64,000 bases of DNA from an uncultured Desulfobacterium sp. (GTDB lineage: Bacteria; Desulfobacterota; Desulfobacteria; Desulfobacterales; Desulfobacteraceae), in NCBI GenBank assembly GCA_963674605.1, contig OY771474.1, positions 3,032,341 through 3,096,340 on the forward strand, read 5' to 3'. Positions 28,022 to 37,761 of the stretch are shown here, in pieces (within the stretch, counting starts at the first letter, position 1; every line of letters starts with the position of its first letter). A model generated the notes under the pieces. The model made no database searches. It was not told the DNA's origin and saw only the letters and a list, made by a program, of their open reading frames with translations. Made by a program: the position numbers and the translations under genes.

Positions 28022-29020
28022 ATGAACTTCACCAAATTTCCCAGAAGACACTATGTTAAGACCCCCACACCCCTTGAAGCCATGCCCCGTCTGAGCAAGG
28101 CCCTGGGAGGCGATGTTAATCTTTACATCAAACGCGACGATCTGCTCCCCGGTGCCGCCGGCGGTAACAAGACCCGTAAACTTGACTTCTGCATCGCCGA
28201 TGCCCTTGCAAAAGGAGCCGATGCCATCATCACCTGCGGTGCCGTGCAGTCCAACCACTGCCGTCTCACCGCCGCATGGTCTGCCAAGGAAGGACTGGAC
28301 TGCCACCTTGTGCTTGAAGAGCGGGTAAAGGGCTCCTACAAAAAAGAGGCCAGTGGAAATAATTTCCTGTTTGAACTGCTGGACGTTAAAACCATCGGTG
28401 TGGTGGCCGCAGGCTCTGACATGATGGCAGAGATGACAAAAAAAGCCGAAGCCCTGAAAGCACAGGGCAAAACCCCCTACATCATCCCCGGCGGTGCCTC
28501 CAACAGCATTGGCGCACTGGGATATGTTGCCTGCGCCGAAGAGACCATGAATCAGCTCAACGATATGCACCTTTCCATTGATCACATTGTGGTTCCCTCG
28601 GGATCTGCCGGTACCCACGCCGGTATGGTGGTGGGCATGACCGGTGTCAATGCAAACATTGCCATCTCCGGCATGAACGTATCCAGACCCAAAGCTGTCC
28701 AGGAAGAGATTGTTTACAAACTGGCCGTTGAAACCGCTGAAAAAGTGGGCGTAAAAAGCGGTGTGGCCCGGGAAGATCTTGTGTGCTTTGACGGCTATGT
28801 GGGACCGGGATACTCCATCCCCACCGACTCCATGGTGGAGGCGGTAAAGCTCTTCGCCATGAACGAAGCCATCCTTCTGGACCCGGTTTACTCCGGCAAG
28901 GCTGCTGCAGGACTCATTGATCTGGTGAGAAAAGGACATTTTCCCAAAGGAGCTAATGTGCTCTTCCTTCACACCGGCGGATCTCCGGCCCTGTATGCTT
29001 ATCTCGATACGTTCAGATAA
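28022..29020 (+). CDS. PLP-dependent lyase of the D-cysteine desulfhydrase / ACC deaminase / cysteate sulfo-lyase (DcyD/CuyA) family
   Basis: Colinear similarity to E. coli DcyD as I recall it: TPLE, KRDD, GGNKTRKL (PLP Lys), AVQSNH, SGSAGTHAG, LDPVYSGKA, HTGG. Confidence 0.85.
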   Translation: MNFTKFPRRHYVKTPTPLEAMPRLSKALGGDVNLYIKRDDLLPGAAGGNKTRKLDFCIADALAKGADAIITCGAVQSNHCRLTAAWSAKEGLDCHLVLEERVKGSYKKEASGNNFLFELLDVKTIGVVAAGSDMMAEMTKKAEALKAQGKTPYIIPGGASNSIGALGYVACAEETMNQLNDMHLSIDHIVVPSGSAGTHAGMVVGMTGVNANIAISGMNVSRPKAVQEEIVYKLAVETAEKVGVKSGVAREDLVCFDGYVGPGYSIPTDSMVEAVKLFAMNEAILLDPVYSGKAAAGLIDLVRKGHFPKGANVLFLHTGGSPALYAYLDTFR

Positions 29021-29034
29021 TTCTAAATCAATAC

Positions 29035-29061
29035 CCCCTGAGCTAAAGGCTCAGGGGTTTT
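29035..29061 (+). terminator. Rho-independent terminator after the DcyD/CuyA-like gene
   Basis: cccctgagc-taaag-gctcagggg followed by tttt. Confidence 0.7.
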
Positions 29062-29078
29062 CGGCATCCTTCATTCCC

Positions 29079-29140
29079 ACTTTACACTTTCATGGGATGA
29101 ATGGCCATTTTCTGGCACCCGCTCCTGAAAAGTGTAAAGT
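29079..29140. repeat. Perfect 12-bp inverted repeat separated by 38 nt
   Basis: actttacacttt (29079-29090) pairs with aaagtgtaaagt (29129-29140). Confidence 0.6.
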
Positions 29141-29261
29141 ACTTTTGATGTAATATGAATGATGCCGGGTTTTCTTGCTGTTTTTCTATAATTGCCACGG
29201 GCAGAGTGTCTTCTAAATCCAGCCTGCTCAAAACAAATAATGGGTCGCAGACGCGGAGCCA

Positions 29262-29492
29262 AATGGCATTATGCCCCCCCTCCCCCGACGGGCAATGGAC
29301 CCGGACCGGAACTGTAGACAGCTCGATTGTCCGGTTCCTATTGCCCATCGGGGGAGGGGCTCTGCTGAGGTAGACTTGAAGGCTACCTTTTCATATAACC
29401 TACATGGCTGTAACCACCAGCCACAACGAAAATAGAAAAAGCAGGGTATACGAATACCCAGCACCAAGAACCCGCTTTTTCATATAAAAAAA
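29262..29492 (+). repeat. C-family array: one long-hairpin module + one small-hairpin module, ending 9 nt before the racemase start codon
   Basis: aaatggcattatgccccccctcccccgacgggcaatggacccggaccggaactgtagacagctcgattgtccggttcctattgcccatcggggg...ttttcatataa, then catggctgtaaccaccagccacaacgaaaatagaaaa...tttttcatataaaaaaa. Confidence 0.85.
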
Positions 29493-29501
29493 GACAGGAT
29501 A

Positions 29502-30227
29502 ATGAACCAGGAAAAAGAAAAAATAGTGGGTATTCTGGGCGGCATGGGACCCGAAGCCACCGTGGATCTCATGCAGCGCATCATCCGCCTCACACCGGCC
29601 ACCGATGACATTGATCACATCCGATGCATTGTGGACAACAACCCCAAGGTGCCCTCCCGGATCAAGGCCATCATTGAAGGCGACGGGGAAGACCCAGGAC
29701 CCTGCATGGCTGACATGGGCAAACGATTGGAAACCTGGGGGGCGGATTTTCTGGTCATTCCCTGTAATACAGCCCATTTCTACTATGATGCGGTGAACCA
29801 GGCGGTGAGCATCCCCGTCCTTCATCTAATTGATTTGGTGGTGGAAAAGGTGAAAAAGACCTATCCCCAGAGTCAGCGGGTGGGCATTCTGGCATCTCCG
29901 GCCATCCGCATCACCGGGCTGTACCAGAAACGCCTGGCACCCCTTGGCATTGAGCCGGTATATCCAGATCAAAAACACCAGGAAATCCTTTTCAAGGTAA
30001 TCAAAGATGTTAAAGCAGGGAACACAGGAGAAGATGTTCTGGAACGTTACAAAGCTGTGTGCCGCAACCTGATGTCCCGTCAGGCGGGACATGCCATTGT
30101 GGCCTGTACCGAACTCAGCGCACTTGAAGGCCCTCTGCCCATGGACACCATGGATGCCGCGGAACTGCTGGCCATGGAAATTGTGGATGTGATCAAAGGG
30201 GGAAAGGAACTTGACAAAACACCATGA
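29502..30227 (+). CDS. Aspartate/glutamate-racemase-family amino-acid racemase
   Basis: GILGGMGPEAT. Both catalytic Cys motifs are present (PCNTAH and ACTELS). Confidence 0.85.
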   Translation: MNQEKEKIVGILGGMGPEATVDLMQRIIRLTPATDDIDHIRCIVDNNPKVPSRIKAIIEGDGEDPGPCMADMGKRLETWGADFLVIPCNTAHFYYDAVNQAVSIPVLHLIDLVVEKVKKTYPQSQRVGILASPAIRITGLYQKRLAPLGIEPVYPDQKHQEILFKVIKDVKAGNTGEDVLERYKAVCRNLMSRQAGHAIVACTELSALEGPLPMDTMDAAELLAMEIVDVIKGGKELDKTP

Positions 30228-30401
30228 ATATGATGTTGAACTCCAGGGAAAGAATAGAATTTGATCGTCGGGTAAAACGCGGTGATCACGCTTGATCACA
30301 ACATCGACCACTCTTGGAAGAGGATTGCCTTGAGCCGTTCGGGAGAAACTGACATCATCGCGGAAAAGGAGCCGTATTCTTTGGCTGGAAAAAAATCTTC
30401 C

Positions 30402-31034
30402 ATGAAATCTCTCATGGCCTATGAAAAAATCAGAGACATCATACTTTCCGGTGAGAAACTGCCGGGAACCCGTCTTATCCTTTCGGATCTTGAGTCGGAA
30501 CTGGGTATCGGCCGGGGTCCCATAAGAGAAGCCTTGATGCGACTGGATCGCTCCGGTCTGGTCAAAAATATCCCCTACAAGGGTGCTTTGGTGGCCACTC
30601 CTCCCAAACAAAAGGAAATTCTTCATATCTACGACATACGTGTGGACCTGGAAGTCAAGCTGGCCCAGGAAGCCATGTCCAACTTGTCTCCAACCGATCT
30701 GGCTGAACTTGAGGCCCTGCACCGGGAAATGCTGGAAATCCCCCCCAACTATTACAGCCTGGATCGGCAGTTTCACAATATCATCTACCAGGCTTCGGAT
30801 CTGCCCCACCTGCACAGTATTGTAAAAAAACTGATCCTGCCCGTGGAAACCTTTCTCAATGCCTACCACCAAAAAACAGAAGACTATCAGCGATTCAACC
30901 AGGAGCATGCCCGAATTATTTCCAGCCTGAAGGAACAAGATCCCCAGGGCCTTAAAGAGGCCCTGACCAATAACATTCAAGGCGGACTTGAAATAATAGA
31001 AAAAACCTACAGCAGGATGGTCAGAAGACCATGA
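30402..31034 (+). CDS. GntR-family (FadR/FCD subfamily) transcriptional regulator
   Basis: Winged HTH (AYEKIRDIILSGEKLPGTRL..SDLESELGIGRGPIREALMRL) plus a helical FCD-like C-terminal domain. The start at ATG 30402 is preferred over the track start at 30282. Confidence 0.75.
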   Translation: MKSLMAYEKIRDIILSGEKLPGTRLILSDLESELGIGRGPIREALMRLDRSGLVKNIPYKGALVATPPKQKEILHIYDIRVDLEVKLAQEAMSNLSPTDLAELEALHREMLEIPPNYYSLDRQFHNIIYQASDLPHLHSIVKKLILPVETFLNAYHQKTEDYQRFNQEHARIISSLKEQDPQGLKEALTNNIQGGLEIIEKTYSRMVRRP

Positions 31035-31037
31035 CCA

Positions 31038-31541
31038 TCAGCCGGGGCAGGGAGGGTCATTTAAATCCCTTCGCAGTTTCTGAAGGGTCAGATGGGTTTC
31101 TATCCGGGCCAGCAGCTCCTCTGCCTGGAAGGGTTTTGTAAGATAATCCACCCCGCCTGCGGAAAAACTTTTCACCTTATCGTGGACATTATCCAAGAAC
31201 GCACCCGATATGGGCGCATTCCCATTTTCCTGGTTTGGTCACAATATGGTTTGTTTGTCATAGTTGGTGGGGCCAACGGGGTCAGGCTATGTGGTATTAG
31301 AGCCTGAGTTTTTATCAGGCTCTATGATTTTGTCAAGAACCTGTGTTTAAAGGCAAATTTAAACAAAAGCGCCAATAACGCAAGCCTGACCCCTCTCTGA
31401 TTAAGCGCGAACCGGGAAAATGGGAATGCGCCCCACCCGATATCCTTCCTCTCCCAGTATTCTTACAAAAAACTTTACATTTTCCCGGATATCGTCAACC
31501 ACCACGATATTACCCTTACAAGCCGCTGCATTTTCTTTCAC
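31038..31541 (-). pseudogene. Decayed response-regulator (receiver) gene: N- and C-terminal fragments in different frames, separated by a type-B MITE
   Basis: Minus-strand N-fragment (GTG at 31541): KENAAACKGNIVVVDDIRENVKFFVRILGEEGYRV. C-fragment: FLDNVHDKVKSFSAGGVDYLTKPFQAEELLARIETHL...*. The central ~55 aa of a receiver domain are absent. Confidence 0.7.
31212..31433. mobile_element. MITE-like element, type B (222 bp), flanked by a 10-bp direct repeat
   Basis: TIRs are gggcgcattcccattttcctgg ... ccgggaaaatgggaatgcgccc. CACCCGATAT lies at 31202-31211 and 31434-31443. Confidence 0.85.
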
Positions 31542-31763
31542 AATCAGACTCCCTTTCTCATTATCCTCAAAATTTCAGCATATTCAAATCCATCTGCCAA
31601 CACCTTTATTTCCCTTGCAAGCCCCTTGTCCTCATCTTCCATATGGAGGATCATCCGATGAATCAATGTTATATCCGCCCGCTGCACGGCATCTTCCATG
31701 TCATTACACAGGCCCGGAGACAAGCAATCGGCACGGCTTTGGAAGGTTTGCTGCTCTTCCCAC

Positions 31764-31906
31764 TGTGGGGTGGGGTCAGGCTTGCGTTATTGAGGCTTTT
31801 GCTTAAAATCTTCTTTATGCACAGGTGTTTGTCAAAAACACAAGAACACAAGCCTGACCCCGTTGGCCCGCCAATAACGATGAATGGTCCATGTTATGAC
31901 CACACC
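31764..31906. repeat. Type-A MITE copy, left end truncated
   Basis: tggggtggggtcaggcttgcgttattg ... cacaagcctgaccccgttggcccgccaataacgatgaatggtccatgttatgaccacaccc. Confidence 0.6.
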
Positions 31907-31989
31907 CACGACATCTATTTGCAATAGTTTTATATATGAGATAGTCTACATTGATTCATGATTAATTCCAAGCAATTGCAGGAGCAGAT

Positions 31990-34900
31990 ATGCCCTTTAA
32001 AATTTCAAATAATTTTCTGATCAATATTTTCAAGGTAAAATCAATCCGCTCGCTGATGCTCATGGCCATCATTGTGTTCAGTACATTGATCGCCTTTGAT
32101 CGCTTTGTCATCTATCCCTCCTTTATTAAACAACTGGCCCATAATACGGAAAACGAAGCCCTAAGGCTTGCCAGACACCTGGCTCCGGAACTACAACCAT
32201 GGTTTTCCGTCCCCCAGAGCCACAAAATTGATCCTGTGACCATGGCAAAACTGGAAAAGGTCCAAAAAGATTTTGATCTTTTCAAAATTGACCTTTTTGA
32301 TGAAAACGGACACCGTTTTTACTCCACCATGCCAAAGGATATCGGTAAACCCAATCACAATGGATATTTCACGGATATTGTAAGCCAGGGAAAAATTTTC
32401 AGCCGCATGGTGAAACAAAAAACCCTGTCCCTGGAGGGAACCCCCATCAGCACAGATATGGTGGAAAGTTATTATCCCATCATGGAAGACAATCAATTTA
32501 AAGGTGCTCTGGAACTTTACTATGATGTCACCACCCGAATCAATGATCTGAAAAAACAGATCCTCATCTCCATGGCCCTCATGTCGGGACTTGCCCTGGC
32601 CCTTTCCCTGATTATACTTGTAGTTCTAAAGGAAATGGCCGACACAATGGTCAAACAACAGAAAACACGGGAGGCCCTGGAGGCAAGTGAATCCCATCAC
32701 CGGGAACTGGTCCAGGGTGTCAACGGTATTATTGTTCGATTTAATACAGACTGTCGCATCCTGTTTCTGAACCGGTATGGTCTGAAATTTTTCGGCTTAC
32801 AGGAAGATCAGATAAAGGATCGTCATCTGCTCACCAGCCTTGCACCGCCCTCGGCCCCAGGTAAATGCTGCGGAAACATGGCTGACATGTTTGAAGCGCT
32901 GTGCCGGGAACCGGACTCCCTTCCCCATGATGAAAACCAACACATTGATAACAATGGAAAAGAAACCTGGATTGCATGGACCAACAAACCCATCAGAAAC
33001 GACCGGGGTGACATTGTGGAAATTTTGTCCATCGGCATTGACATCACCCAGCAGAAAAAAACGGAACAACGTATCCAGGAACTGTTGAACAATACCATGC
33101 ACATGCTTGAAAGTATGCCCTTTGGTATCATCATCGTGGGAAAAGACCGCACCATCCGCAGCGCCAACCGGGTGGCCCTGGCGCTTATGGGCATTGAAGA
33201 TGAAACCGATATTGTGGGTAAAATATGCCATAACCGCATCTGCCCGGCAGAGCAATGCAACTGCCCGGTTCTGGATCTCGGGCAGACCGTGGACAGTTCC
33301 GAACGAATACTCATTGGGAAAGACAACAAACAGATTCCCATTATCAAAACCGTTCTTTCAACGGTCCTTGAAGGCGAGGAGGTTCTACTGGAAGCCTTTG
33401 TGGATATTTCCGAATTGAACCAGGTAAAAAATGACCTGGAAAGTGCCAACTTAAAGCTGGAGATCGCCCTGGCAGAGGCCCGAATCATGGCAGACAAAGC
33501 AGGCATTGCCAACAAGGCAAAAAGTGAATTCCTGGCCAACATGAGCCATGAAATCCGCACACCGCTGAACGGGGTAATCGGCATGACCCAGATTCTAATG
33601 GATACGAATCTGCAGGAAGATCAGCACAGATATGCCCGGATCATCCAGAACAGCGGCACCTCTCTTTTAAATATCATCAATGACATCCTGGATTTTTCTA
33701 AAATCGAAGCCGGAAAACTTGAAATGGAAACCATTGCCTTTGATCTTCGGTCTCTTTTAAGCGATTTTTCCGCCATGATGTCCCTGAGAATTGAAAAAAA
33801 AGGCCTGGAATTTATCTGTTCTGCCAGCCCCGACGTTCCCTCCAGGTTATTGGGAGACCCTGGCAGGCTGCGTCAGATATTGATTAATCTGGTGGGCAAT
33901 TCCGTGAAATTCACCCACCAGGGAGAAATTTCAGTTCAGGTGAGTATTGTGTCTGAAACCCCGGAACAGACCATACTGCAATTTTCCGTGAAAGATACGG
34001 GTATTGGTATTGCTCCCGAACAGCAAAAGAATCTGTTTGAAAGCTTTTCCCAGGCAGACACCTCCACCACCCGGAAATATGGGGGAACCGGATTGGGACT
34101 GAGCATTTCCCGGACGCTTTGCCGGATGATGGGAGGAGACATCCACGTCAACAGTGAAGAGGGCCGGGGATCTGAGTTCTACTTTACCGCGCAATTTAAA
34201 AAACAAAAGGGACAAGCCCCCACACCATTTCCCCCGACACCCAAACCGGATCTCAGGGGATTAACGGTGATGGTCGTGGATGACAATGAAACCAATCGTC
34301 AGGTCATCTCCACCCAGCTTCAGGCCTGGGAGATGATCCCCACTGTTTACCCCGACGGTCCCACAGCCCTTGAGGGCTATCGTGAAACCATGGAAAAGGG
34401 CCAAACCTTTGACCTGGCCATCCTGGACATGCAGATGCCGGAAATGGATGGGTTGACCCTGGCACGCCTGATACAGGAACAGCAGGGGAAGGTACCCCAC
34501 CTGATCATGATGACCTCCGTGGGGCAGGTGGGTGATGCCAGAAGATTTAAAAAGGCCGGTTTTGCAGCGTACCTGGTAAAACCGGTGGGGCAGCAGGATA
34601 TCCTGGACACCCTGTCCAGCATTATTTCAGGAAATGGGACCGCCACGGAACTCCAGCCCATTCTCACCCGACACACCGTCCGGGAAATGCGTCGTAAAAA
34701 CATCCGAATACTGCTGGCCGAGGATAATATGGTAAACCAGCATGTGGCCATAAAATTCCTGAAAAAAATAGGACACAACGGGGTTGACGCGGTTAAAAAT
34801 GGAAAAGAGGCCCTCAAAGCCCTTGAAACCATCCCCTACGACCTGGTACTCATGGACGTTCAAATGCCGGAAATGGACGGCATTGAAGCCACCCGCTGCA

Positions 34901-35073
34901 TCCGGGATGTCCAGTCCGGATGCCTAAACCACGCCGTTCCCATCATTGCCATGACAGCCCATGCCATGAAAAGCGACCGGGACAGATGTCTTGAAGCCGG
35001 TATGAACGATCATATCAGCAAGCCGGTAAATCCAGAGATTCTGGCCCAGACCATTGAAAAATGGTTAAATTAG
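31990..35073 (+). CDS. Hybrid sensor histidine kinase (TM - extracytoplasmic domain - TM - PAS x2 - HisKA - HATPase_c - REC - REC)
   Basis: H-box [17 protein letters not shown] boxes ([27 protein letters not shown]). Two receivers ([21 protein letters not shown]; [21 protein letters not shown]). Confidence 0.9.
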   Translation: MPFKISNNFLINIFKVKSIRSLMLMAIIVFSTLIAFDRFVIYPSFIKQLAHNTENEALRLARHLAPELQPWFSVPQSHKIDPVTMAKLEKVQKDFDLFKIDLFDENGHRFYSTMPKDIGKPNHNGYFTDIVSQGKIFSRMVKQKTLSLEGTPISTDMVESYYPIMEDNQFKGALELYYDVTTRINDLKKQILISMALMSGLALALSLIILVVLKEMADTMVKQQKTREALEASESHHRELVQGVNGIIVRFNTDCRILFLNRYGLKFFGLQEDQIKDRHLLTSLAPPSAPGKCCGNMADMFEALCREPDSLPHDENQHIDNNGKETWIAWTNKPIRNDRGDIVEILSIGIDITQQKKTEQRIQELLNNTMHMLESMPFGIIIVGKDRTIRSANRVALALMGIEDETDIVGKICHNRICPAEQCNCPVLDLGQTVDSSERILIGKDNKQIPIIKTVLSTVLEGEEVLLEAFVDISELNQVKNDLESANLKLEIALAEARIMADKAGIANKAKSEFLANMSHEIRTPLNGVIGMTQILMDTNLQEDQHRYARIIQNSGTSLLNIINDILDFSKIEAGKLEMETIAFDLRSLLSDFSAMMSLRIEKKGLEFICSASPDVPSRLLGDPGRLRQILINLVGNSVKFTHQGEISVQVSIVSETPEQTILQFSVKDTGIGIAPEQQKNLFESFSQADTSTTRKYGGTGLGLSISRTLCRMMGGDIHVNSEEGRGSEFYFTAQFKKQKGQAPTPFPPTPKPDLRGLTVMVVDDNETNRQVISTQLQAWEMIPTVYPDGPTALEGYRETMEKGQTFDLAILDMQMPEMDGLTLARLIQEQQGKVPHLIMMTSVGQVGDARRFKKAGFAAYLVKPVGQQDILDTLSSIISGNGTATELQPILTRHTVREMRRKNIRILLAEDNMVNQHVAIKFLKKIGHNGVDAVKNGKEALKALETIPYDLVLMDVQMPEMDGIEATRCIRDVQSGCLNHAVPIIAMTAHAMKSDRDRCLEAGMNDHISKPVNPEILAQTIEKWLN

Positions 35074-35198
35074 TGCCTACCTGACCACATTCAGGGTTAT
35101 CTGGGCTTCCGCCTCCAACAGAGAATCTTGTTAAAATAACCACACACGCCCGGGGCTTGACCGCAACACCTGCCATGCTATCGGGACCAAACCTTCCA

Positions 35199-35639
35199 TC
35201 AGCGATTACCGGTGGACCCGAACCCTCCCTGTCCCCGGAGGGTTTCCGACAACTCCCCGGTCACCTGAACTTCAGGGCGCAGCACCGGCATAATAACCAT
35301 CTGGGCGATTTTCATACCGGCAACCACATGAAAGGACTTTCTGGAATGATTGATCAGGATAACCCCGATTTCCCCTCTATACCCTTCATCAATGGTTCCC
35401 GGACTGTTCAGAACGGTGATGCCATTTTTATATGCCAGACCGCTGCGGGGACGAATCTGGGCCTCGGTGTCCGGGGGTAATTCAATTTTGATCCCCGTGT
35501 GAACCAGGGAAAAATCCCCCGGTTCCAGGGTCAGCGCCTCAACGGAAAAAAGATCCAGCCCGGAATCATCTTTGTGGGCGTACCGGGGAAGAATGGCATC
35601 CGCCCTGGTTCTGGTCACTTTCAGTATCGTTTTATTCAT
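35199..35639 (-). CDS. dut: dUTP diphosphatase
   Basis: Trimeric dUTPase motifs: AHKDDSGLDL, RPRSGLA, GTIDEGYRGEI, RGQGGFGSTG. Confidence 0.95.
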   Translation of the reverse strand: MNKTILKVTRTRADAILPRYAHKDDSGLDLFSVEALTLEPGDFSLVHTGIKIELPPDTEAQIRPRSGLAYKNGITVLNSPGTIDEGYRGEIGVILINHSRKSFHVVAGMKIAQMVIMPVLRPEVQVTGELSETLRGQGGFGSTGNR

Positions 35640-35737
35640 TCAATCCCCCATGATCGGGTTTTACGAACTTGTTTTCAAGGATGTTCAGCCGTTGTGGGCA
35701 GGTGAAACCCCAGGGTCGGCCCAAGGGGGTTAAAATG

Positions 35738-35796
35738 GGGCTTGGTCACAGCATGGGCCACTTTGGGGTGGGGTCAGTTTGGGGTGGGGTCAGGCC
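35738..35796. repeat. Type-A MITE left-end fragment with an internal 16-nt duplication
   Basis: ggggcttggtcacagcatgggccactttggggtggggtcag + tttggggtggggtcaggccc. Confidence 0.55.
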
Positions 35797-35903
35797 CTTA
35801 AAATGCTTCAGTCATGGCCTATTCATGTCAAAAAGAAACACTTTTAACACCAGACAGAAATACCTGCCCTCCCCAAGCCAGCCACCATACAATTAAGCCC
35901 GGA

Positions 35904-36539
35904 CTATCTGATGAAATTGGTTAAAACCTTGGCAGTCCTCTCCGGCGCCGGCACCTGTTTTTTACCGGCCTCCATGACCTTCATCAACCAGGCCATGTTT
36001 CTCCCCAGCACTTCCATGATCTGTTTACCTTCGGCATCCTGTTCCATCTCACCGGGGTTTGTCCCATGGGCCACATTCCAATAATTGGAATTGGGCATGA
36101 TCATTTCAGAATAGATGATATAGTGATTGAGTTCATCCATGGTGGGAATACCGCCGGAACGCCGCACCGCAGCCACGCTTGCCCCCACCTTGTGACGATA
36201 CAGGCTGTTGTTGGTGGTGGCCACAAAAAAAGCCCGGTCCAGAAAGGATTTCATGGTACCTGCCACCCCGGAAAAATACACCGGGGAACCCAGCAAAATA
36301 CCATCTGCCTGTTTTATTTTCTGTATCCATTCATTGACAGGGTCATCTTCAATGACACATTTTTCATTTTGTTTTTTGGCACAGGTTAAACAGGCCAGGC
36401 ATCCCCGGATACTTTCCTTTCCCACATGGATAAGCTCGGTTTCGATTCCCTGTTTTTCAATTTCTCCCAATACGGTGTTAAGACAACCGGCTGTATTTCC
36501 TTTCTTCCGCGGACTGCCGTTAAATGCAACAACTTTCAT
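35904..36539 (-). CDS. NADPH-dependent FMN reductase / iron-sulfur flavoprotein-like protein
   Basis: MKVVAFNGSPRKKGNT (flavodoxin-like FMN site) and a Cys cluster CLACLTC...C typical of Isf-type proteins. Confidence 0.8.
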   Translation of the reverse strand: MKVVAFNGSPRKKGNTAGCLNTVLGEIEKQGIETELIHVGKESIRGCLACLTCAKKQNEKCVIEDDPVNEWIQKIKQADGILLGSPVYFSGVAGTMKSFLDRAFFVATTNNSLYRHKVGASVAAVRRSGGIPTMDELNHYIIYSEMIMPNSNYWNVAHGTNPGEMEQDAEGKQIMEVLGRNMAWLMKVMEAGKKQVPAPERTAKVLTNFIR

Positions 36540-36767
36540 ACTTAGGCTCCTTTAAGTTATGCAGGACTAAAAAAAACAGGACCATCATAAATACGCAACA
36601 ATCCATTCACGTTACCAATGGGTTTGACCATAATCATTCCATGGGAGCAGGTCAACCCGGATATGAGCTTTGCCTTGGAACAACGCCCAACCAACCTGCC
36701 GCTCTGCCTGGAAATTCACCTTGCCTGTGCTGGGAAAAACAGGGCCGAGGCCCGACTCATTTTCCCC

Positions 36768-36796
36768 TTGACAGACTGTAAAGAGGGTGTTTAAAT
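36768..36796 (+). promoter_or_regulatory. Candidate sigma-70 promoter upstream of the TonB-system cluster
   Basis: TTGACA (36768-36773) - 17 nt - TTAAAT (36791-36796). Confidence 0.45.
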
Positions 36797-36888
36797 ACCC
36801 CCGATCACATAAGTGCCAAGAAGGCGCAAGTAAAATTGAAGTTGAAGTAATAAAAGCTGTAGTGGTTGAATTAATGCCAGGCCAAGAA

Positions 36889-36940
36889 GGCCAGCCACCG
36901 GTACCTCCGGTGAACTGGAATTCCTGGCCTTTTTTGTTTT
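36889..36940 (+). terminator. Intrinsic-terminator-like hairpin + U-tract inside the leader (attenuator or 3' end of a ~135-nt sRNA)
   Basis: ggccag...caccgg-tacct-ccggtg...ctggcc followed by TTTTTTGTTTT. It lies 40 nt upstream of the first CDS of the cluster. Confidence 0.5.
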
Positions 36941-36978
36941 CAGGGCATGTTGACACAGTCCCAAGCGAGGGAAAAACC

Positions 36979-37761
36979 ATGCATAAAAACCGAGTCATCC
37001 CGTATCTGACAGTTCTGGCGTGTTTTCTGACGACCATGTCCCCACCCTGGCCGGTCCAGGCCGGGGAAGTGAAAAAACAGATTGAAGCACCGGTACACAA
37101 GGCGGTCCAGATCGAGCAGAAAACCCAGGCAGCCCAGTCCCAATGGCGAAATGAAAAAGAGAAAAAAACCCAAATATTTGATGAGCTGGAAACACAGATC
37201 AAAGCCCTTGAAGTAGAAAAGGCCCGGCAGATGGATGAACAACAGGCCTTAACGGCAGGGATTGAACGAAAAAAGCAGGAACTGTGGGATATCGAGCAGA
37301 TTTCAGCCCAGATCTCCCCCTTTCTGGATCAGCTCCTTGGGCGAATCCAGGATTTTTCCCGCCGGGATCTGCCCTTTTTGCAGGAGGAGCGCACCAGCCG
37401 AATGTCGGCTCTGATAAGCCTGTCCCATGACCCCAAGGTGCCGGTGAGCGAACGGTTTAGAAAAATCATGGAAGCCCTGATGGTGGAAGCGGAATACGGC
37501 CAGACCATTGAAGTCCATCAGCAGACCATTAACCTGTCAGGCCAGGATACCCTGGTGAACATCTTCAGACTGGGCCGCCTGAATCTCTTTTATCAGACCC
37601 TGGACAAGCACTACTGCGGGGGGTACAACACCGCAAAAAAAGACTGGGAGCCACTTGACATTGCCCATCTCAAAGACATTCAGGCCGCAATTGACATGGG
37701 GTCCAAACGTAAACCCGTGGAACTCCTGGACCTGCCCCTGGGAAGGATTGCCGTCCAATGA
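36979..37761 (+). CDS. DUF3450-type coiled-coil periplasmic protein (TtpB-like component of TonB2-type systems)
   Basis: Signal peptide, long coiled coil, and first position in a ttpB-ttpC-exbB-exbD-tonB-ttpD-like gene order. The start was moved to ATG 36979. Confidence 0.6.
   Translation: MHKNRVIPYLTVLACFLTTMSPPWPVQAGEVKKQIEAPVHKAVQIEQKTQAAQSQWRNEKEKKTQIFDELETQIKALEVEKARQMDEQQALTAGIERKKQELWDIEQISAQISPFLDQLLGRIQDFSRRDLPFLQEERTSRMSALISLSHDPKVPVSERFRKIMEALMVEAEYGQTIEVHQQTINLSGQDTLVNIFRLGRLNLFYQTLDKHYCGGYNTAKKDWEPLDIAHLKDIQAAIDMGSKRKPVELLDLPLGRIAVQ

Noticed and set aside
29111-29126. TGGCAC motif (tggcacccgctcctga) as a possible sigma-54 promoter for the racemase gene.
   Set aside because: There is no GC at the -12 position with correct spacing (CCTG instead of TTGC), and the motif lies inside the loop of a 12-bp inverted repeat.
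36630-36650. Fur-box-like sequence gaccATAATCATTcc upstream of the TonB cluster.
   Set aside because: It matches only about half of the 19-bp Fur palindrome. It lies ~130 nt upstream of the candidate promoter, nearer the divergent flavoprotein gene. This is insufficient for a call.
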